From positions 1 to 27,349 of IMG/VR virus record IMGVR_UViG_3300049173_000085: DNA of 27,349 nucleotides; one strand, written 5' to 3'. The position numbers and the translations under genes are program-made. A model generated the notes under the pieces. The model was not told the origin of the DNA. It saw only the letters and a program-made list of their open reading frames with translations, and did not search any database. How positions within the stretch are numbered: position 1 is the stretch's first letter; each line of letters begins with the position of its first letter. The DNA comes from a virus (Duplodnaviria; Caudoviricetes). Shown piece after piece: positions 22,562 through 27,349 of the stretch.

Positions 22562-25500
22562 TCAGTGGGCTCCGTTCGGTGCGGCGCTCGCGGTGATCTC
22601 CTCGGGCGTGAGCGCGAGGGAGGCTTGCAGGGACGCGACCTCGGCCCGGCGTGCGGCCTCCCGCTCGGCTACCCGGTCCAGGAACCGGTCTACGAGCGCG
22701 TCGCTGAGGAGGATCTCCTCCGCTGCTGCGACAGCGGCGTCCGGACGCCGTCCGGACGCATCGTCCGGACGCGGTCCGGGCAGGTCAGGACCGGTGTCCG
22801 TCGAGCTCACGGACGACGTCCGGACGGCGTCCGGATCCTGTCCGGACACGACGTCCAGGACCGGCATCGGGCCGGCGGCCGAGGCGGCCAGCGCGAGGTT
22901 GGACCGCTCGATCACCGCGGCGACGAGCGGTGAGGAGTGGCCAGGCACGGGCACGTCCAGCACGGCCCGCAGCTCCCAGCCGCCGCCCTGGCGGGGGCGG
23001 AGGTGGTAGCTGGGCTGGCACGCCCGGAAGACGGCCTTGTCCCAGTCCGACAGCCACGGCGCACCCGCGCCCGAGAACCAGAGCCCGCCGTCATTCATGC
23101 CGACGGTGACGATCGCTCCCACCGTGCCGCTGTTGTCGAACTGGCAGGCCGCGTTCTCACACTGGGCACCGTCGCGGTTGTGGCCTGTGTTCATCGTCAT
23201 GGCGCCGACGCGGATCTCGCTGCCGTCGTCGAGTCGGAACTTGGCCCGAAGGAAGTGACTGAAGTCCAGGCCCTCGCGGGCGAGCTTGTCGATGGTCAGC
23301 TTCTTGCCGGGGTAGCCGGCGTGCGGCACACCGGCCTGGGCGACCCAGCCGAAGACCCGGCCGTCCTTGTAGTGGACGCCACCCGATCCGGGCGGCAGCT
23401 CCTCCGCTGTCGGCTCCTTGAACCACTGGGCCGGCATCGGCGGCATGTCCTGCATGGCCTGCCACGCCGACGCCTCCAGGTCGGCCAGCATCGCCGCCTC
23501 GATCTCCTCCTCGTCCTGCCAGGGCGGAGTAATCGAGTCGTCGTCAAAGGCCTCGGCGAGCCGCTCGTACAGCTTGGTGACGCGGGAGCGCAGGTCGTCC
23601 ATCTCGTCTGCGGGGACGTCGACGCCGCCCATGCCGCCCTGGAGGACGGAGGCGATCGTGTAGACAGCGTTCGCCACGATCTCCAGGCGCGGGGTGCCGT
23701 CGTTGTCGAAGACGTCGGCGAAACCGAGCTTGTACGCGGCGAGGGTGGTCGGGTCGGCGTCCGGGTCGCGCCACAGGAACGCCGAACCGAGCTTGTCGGC
23801 ATCGACGTTGCCCTCGTCGTCGGTGGCCCAGGCCAGGACGCGGGAGCTGGCCTTGTCGCCGTCCCATTCGGCGTCTGGCTGGTCGTGCACCGGCAGGTCG
23901 AGCTTCCCGGACATCGCCGCGGTGACGTCGCCGTCGTGGCCTTCGGGCATGGTGGAAGGTCCGCAGAACAGGCCGGGCGCCAGGCGGATGATCCTGCCTT
24001 CCTTGGCAGCCGCGTTGAGGTGACCGCGGGCGGTGCTCATGGCGATACCGATCGCGGTGGAGACATCTCGAGCGCCTACGGCGGCCGGGGAGGTGCACAC
24101 GTAGGTGATGACCCGCTCGCGGGTCTCCCCCGCCGCAGTGATGCTCGGCTGGACGGCGGCCGCGGTCTCGTCGGTCGGGTCGAGGACGATCTTCGCGTCC
24201 TTGAACGCTGGCATCGCGACCAAGGTGGCGCCGCGCAGCCGGGCGCGGGTGATGCGCAGCAAGAACTCGCCGGACTTGGACTCATGGACGACGAGGCCGG
24301 TCTCAGGGTCGTCGGCGTCGCCGGCTGCCGCGGTGAGGACGCCGGTCCCGCCGAACGCCTTCGTGAGGGCGGAGGCGTTGACGGTGCCGCCCGGACCGGT
24401 GATGAGCTGAAGGTCGTAGCGGGACCAGGCCAGGGAGGTGCCTGCGGCGGTCACCTGCGGGTTGGTCGACGCGGTCAGCATCACCGCGCCGTCTTCCATC
24501 CGCATGAGGCTGGCGTGCGGCAGGTGCGCCGAGGCGAACAGCCACTCGGCGTCTTCCGGGGACAGGGTCTTGTCGACGAACTCCAGGTCGACGTCGTCCA
24601 GGTCGACGCTGATGCCGAGTACCGGGTCGTCCTCGTCGAGGAGCTGCTCGGCGTCCAGTCCGGCCGGCTGGTTGCGGTAGAGCACGCCGGAGGCGGTGAT
24701 GCGGGTTCCTTCCCGCTTCACCTTCCTGATGGCGCCGGCGAGGCGGGCGCCCTGGTGGCCCATCAGCAGTTCGTCGGCGTACTGCAGCGGCATGGGCTGG
24801 CGGTCCCACTTGAGGGCGCCCTTCTTGAAGGTCCGGCCGTCGCCGGTCTCCTCGTCCTCGTAGGCGATCGCCCACGGGTCGGGCGTCGACCAGCCCCGGA
24901 CCGTCAGCGGGATGAAGTCCTGGGCTACGTCGGCGGCTGCTTCAACGTCTTCGGTGGGCATGGGCTCCTCCTGCTGCGGGCCGAGGGGGATATCGGTGTG
25001 GTCGCCAGCGAAGGCGAGGCGGACTCGGTCGAAGGTGATAGGCCCGAGGCGGTCGACGAGGGCGGGCAGGAGGCCGTGGTCGTCGCTGTACTGGGCGCAT
25101 ACGTGCGGCGCCCACGGGGAGTGCTGCACGGGCAGTTCGGGGCGCTCGTGGGTGTCCTCCAACGCCGTGGTGACCAGCAGGCGGACGTCTTCCAGGGCCG
25201 GGGCGCCGTCGGGGCGGTCGCGGTCGTCGCCGACGGCCCACACCCATGACGGGCTGTCGCTGTGGGGGTTCCAGTGGTTCACGCCGAACGCGTTGGCTGT
25301 GAGAGAGCCGGGCAGGTCGGCGACGGCGGCACGGACGTTGCCGATCAGCTCGTTGCGCTGGTCCTCGGTCCAGGCGCCGCCGTCATCGCCGAGGAAGTAC
25401 AGCGTCAGATGCAGCTCCTCGGGCACTTCGCCGCCATCGAGGGCGAGGCGGGCCGCGTCCTCCGCGGTGGGCATGAGGGCGATCATTCCGCCCATGAGGT

Positions 25501-26350
25501 GACTCCCGTTCGCTGCGGCCGTGGATTCCAAAGCTCCAGAGCGCGGACTGTCCTGCGTTTCAAAGGCCGAAGCTCGGGTCTCGGGGTAGACCGCGAGGAC
25601 GCACCGGCAGTTCACGCACTGCGACGCCGGCGCGGTCGGGTCGTGCGGGGCGTCCATCTGTACGCCGCCGACGGTGAACGGCTCGTCGAGCAGCTGGATC
25701 TGACCGTTGGCATCCGCGTGGTCCTCGCGCACGCGGTCGTCGCGGCGGCTGATCCACTGCTTCACGACCGGCCGGTCCGGGCCGGTGACATCGCGGGCCG
25801 CGCCGAGGGTGGCCGTGTTCCATGCCCGGCCGGACTCGGTGCGCGCGATGCGCTCCTCGCGTGCGTCGCCGAGCTGCGCGCCCTCGCGGGCGAAGGCCTC
25901 GCGGAGGCGGGCGCGGAGCTGCTCCATGGTCTCGCCGGCGTCGACCCCGGCAGCCAGTTCGTCGCGGGCGACGTCGGCCAGGCGGTCGCCGACGGCGCGC
26001 AGCAGGTGCTCGGTGACGGTCACGTACTCGGCCATGGCCGGGGGCAGGGCGCGGCCGTCGTCGTGCCGTTCGGGGAGGTCCTGCCACTCGGGGGGCAGCT
26101 CGGCGTCGACGGCTTCGGCGGTGTGCTCAGCGGCCTGTTCGGAGATCCGCAGCAGGCGCCGCACGATGCGCGGCATGCGGGCGGTGAACATGCTCGCGAT
26201 GCGGGAGACGGAGAAGCGGGCGGCCACGATCTCGTCGGCCTGGGCGAGGGAGTCGGCGAACTCCTCGGCGACTTCGGCGAGGACGGCCGCGACCTCTTCG
26301 GCGAGGTCTTCCTCGGCCTGTTCCAGCAGGGCGAGCAGCTCCTCATCCAT
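22562..26350 (-). CDS. MuF-like minor head protein / 2H phosphoesterase / capsid maturation protease fusion, 1262 aa
   Basis: MuF motifs IARTE, KQW...DDRVREDH, NCRC; HLTL and PHVC 2H motifs; protease-type TGDGR, GH, GISVDLD, GATLVAMPAF; a wHTH-like segment; a second protease-like C-terminal domain. Confidence 0.8.
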   Translation of the reverse strand: MDEELLALLEQAEEDLAEEVAAVLAEVAEEFADSLAQADEIVAARFSVSRIASMFTARMPRIVRRLLRISEQAAEHTAEAVDAELPPEWQDLPERHDDGRALPPAMAEYVTVTEHLLRAVGDRLADVARDELAAGVDAGETMEQLRARLREAFAREGAQLGDAREERIARTESGRAWNTATLGAARDVTGPDRPVVKQWISRRDDRVREDHADANGQIQLLDEPFTVGGVQMDAPHDPTAPASQCVNCRCVLAVYPETRASAFETQDSPRSGALESTAAANGSHLMGGMIALMPTAEDAARLALDGGEVPEELHLTLYFLGDDGGAWTEDQRNELIGNVRAAVADLPGSLTANAFGVNHWNPHSDSPSWVWAVGDDRDRPDGAPALEDVRLLVTTALEDTHERPELPVQHSPWAPHVCAQYSDDHGLLPALVDRLGPITFDRVRLAFAGDHTDIPLGPQQEEPMPTEDVEAAADVAQDFIPLTVRGWSTPDPWAIAYEDEETGDGRTFKKGALKWDRQPMPLQYADELLMGHQGARLAGAIRKVKREGTRITASGVLYRNQPAGLDAEQLLDEDDPVLGISVDLDDVDLEFVDKTLSPEDAEWLFASAHLPHASLMRMEDGAVMLTASTNPQVTAAGTSLAWSRYDLQLITGPGGTVNASALTKAFGGTGVLTAAAGDADDPETGLVVHESKSGEFLLRITRARLRGATLVAMPAFKDAKIVLDPTDETAAAVQPSITAAGETRERVITYVCTSPAAVGARDVSTAIGIAMSTARGHLNAAAKEGRIIRLAPGLFCGPSTMPEGHDGDVTAAMSGKLDLPVHDQPDAEWDGDKASSRVLAWATDDEGNVDADKLGSAFLWRDPDADPTTLAAYKLGFADVFDNDGTPRLEIVANAVYTIASVLQGGMGGVDVPADEMDDLRSRVTKLYERLAEAFDDDSITPPWQDEEEIEAAMLADLEASAWQAMQDMPPMPAQWFKEPTAEELPPGSGGVHYKDGRVFGWVAQAGVPHAGYPGKKLTIDKLAREGLDFSHFLRAKFRLDDGSEIRVGAMTMNTGHNRDGAQCENAACQFDNSGTVGAIVTVGMNDGGLWFSGAGAPWLSDWDKAVFRACQPSYHLRPRQGGGWELRAVLDVPVPGHSSPLVAAVIERSNLALAASAAGPMPVLDVVSGQDPDAVRTSSVSSTDTGPDLPGPRPDDASGRRPDAAVAAAEEILLSDALVDRFLDRVAEREAARRAEVASLQASLALTPEEITASAAPNGAH
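22739..22847. repeat. Array of 8-bp palindromes GTCCGGAC
   Basis: Perfect copies at 22739, 22750, 22763, 22818, 22840; one-mismatch copies at 22774, 22784, 22829. Confidence 0.85.
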
Positions 26351-26585
26351 CGGCGCTCACCGCCTCTACCTCGCGGCTGGGATGCGGCATCCGGTCGGGG
26401 GCCGATGACTCGCCGACCGCCTTGTTGTCGCGGGTCCGCCAGGCCAGGAGTTCCTCCCACACCTCGCGGCCAGGGCAGGCGGAGCACCAGCCGAACGCTC
26501 GGTGTCCGGCGCGGGAGTGGCCTGGCGGGGCGACGTGGAGCTTCGGCGGCTCCGTGATCGTCAGCTCGTCGGTCGCGTCGCACAT
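26343..26585 (-). CDS. Hypothetical protein with His/CxxC motif, 80 aa
   Basis: ATG at 26585 with SD GGAGG; GHSRAGHRAFGWCSAC; overlaps both neighbours. Confidence 0.6.
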   Translation of the reverse strand: MCDATDELTITEPPKLHVAPPGHSRAGHRAFGWCSACPGREVWEELLAWRTRDNKAVGESSAPDRMPHPSREVEAVSADG

Positions 26586-26785
26586 GGCTGGCCTCCTGGC
26601 GTGTTCTCGCAGGCGAAGCAGAACGCGAACGTGCCGACTTGGTGCACGCCGCGTGGGGTGGTCACGGTGAACGCCGCTTCGAGTACGGATCCGCTGTGGC
26701 CACACTCGGTGCAGTCCAGGTGTCGGGTGTTCACGTCAGCGACCAGCGGGAGCGGTCCGCTGACGTCCTGGTCGGGGTCACACAC
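26561..26785 (-). CDS. Small C4 zinc-ribbon protein, 74 aa
   Basis: GTG at 26785 with SD GGAGGA; CTEC...TPRGVHQVGT..FCFAC. Confidence 0.6.
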   Translation of the reverse strand: MCDPDQDVSGPLPLVADVNTRHLDCTECGHSGSVLEAAFTVTTPRGVHQVGTFAFCFACENTPGGQPCATRPTS

Positions 26786-27005
26786 GGCCGTCCTCCGGGT
26801 CGTCGTGCTCGTCGCAGATTTCGCAGGCGGTCCAGGTGCCGACGACGGAGACCCCGCCCGGTGTGAGCATGAGGATGTCTCCGGTGAGGCGCGTGTACGC
26901 CTTGCAGACCGGGCACCAGTCCTCGCGGGCCGGGCCCAGGTCGACATGCACGGTCAGGGGCGGCGGGGGTTCGGCCACGGTGCTGCTCCCTCGCTGGCCG
27001 GTCAT
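26778..27005 (-). CDS. Small C4 zinc-ribbon protein, 75 aa
   Basis: ATGA overlap at 27002-27005; CPVC...TPGGVSVVGT..ACEIC. Confidence 0.65.
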   Translation of the reverse strand: MTGQRGSSTVAEPPPPLTVHVDLGPAREDWCPVCKAYTRLTGDILMLTPGGVSVVGTWTACEICDEHDDPEDGRV

Positions 27006-27349
27006 GCCGCCAGCCCCACGCACGAGGTGACGACTGCGGGCACGACGTCGTAGGAGTGCTCGACGCCGGCCGCGATCAGTTCGCGGGCGTACCCATCGAG
27101 CACGCTGGTGAGGCACACCGGGTCCAAGCCGTACCGCTTGGCGATCTCGGGGACGCGAGACCACGCGCCATCGAGGAGCCGGTACTGCTCGACCTGGCCG
27201 GGCTCGACCTTGAGAGCGGTGTGCAGGGCGGCGGACTGGATCTCGCGGGCGCGGGCGCGCTCGCTGCGCGGGCAGACGGGCGTACGCAGCAGCTTGTCAC
27301 CGGCCGAGGACAGGGCGGCCCAGATCAGGCCGTCGGCGGCGGCGAGGAG
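27002..27349 (-). CDS. C-terminal 115 aa of an upstream gene, probably portal protein (partial; absent from ORF track)
   Basis: Open frame from the window edge, LLAAADGLIWAALSSAGDKLL...VGLAA*; portal call rests mainly on synteny upstream of MuF/protease. Confidence 0.5.
   Translation of the reverse strand, partial: LLAAADGLIWAALSSAGDKLLRTPVCPRSERARAREIQSAALHTALKVEPGQVEQYRLLDGAWSRVPEIAKRYGLDPVCLTSVLDGYARELIAAGVEHSYDVVPAVVTSCVGLAA

Noticed and set aside
22739-22847. CRISPR array
   Set aside because: Units are 8 bp with 2-5-nt gaps, inside a CDS; no spacers or cas genes
22562-26350. Intein explaining the length of the protease gene
   Set aside because: No recognisable intein N-terminal block, HN-C/S/T junction or LAGLIDADG motifs
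20591-26557. Long plus-strand ORFs (780, 770, 431 aa) and similar ones at 3475-5160, 12060-13961, 14286-15851, 17546-19132
   Set aside because: Antisense shadows of well-supported minus-strand genes in high-GC DNA; Arg/Gly-rich, no motifs

Overview
High-GC, Streptomyces-like actinobacterial (pro)phage virion-morphogenesis region, almost entirely on the minus strand. In transcription order (right to left): 3' end of a probable portal gene; three small Cys-motif proteins; a 1262-aa MuF + 2H-phosphoesterase + maturation-protease fusion; a small basic protein; major capsid (hexamer) and pentamer-type capsid proteins resembling those of cluster-B-like actinophages; a C2H2-finger protein; a ~13.7-kb accessory block (5474-19171) of 14 mostly Cys-rich genes (two >1000-aa repeat scaffolds carrying inserted lectin-like domains, a mini-scaffold, five tandem C1q/TNF-like paralogs, two fibre-like paralogs, three small chaperone-like paralogs, one small beta protein); a double GT4 glycosyltransferase; major tail protein; a Stealth-like phosphoglycosyl transferase; and neck/tail-completion genes ending at a hairpin facing a convergent gene. 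Best novelty candidates: (i) the accessory block as a modular, disulfide-rich, possibly glycosylated virion appendage or coat; (ii) a 19-nt leader motif present three times, each just after a -10 box and followed by an SD-sequestering hairpin; (iii) a helically phased GTCCGGAC palindrome array inside the protease gene. Family assignments come from motif recognition by eye, not from database searches.
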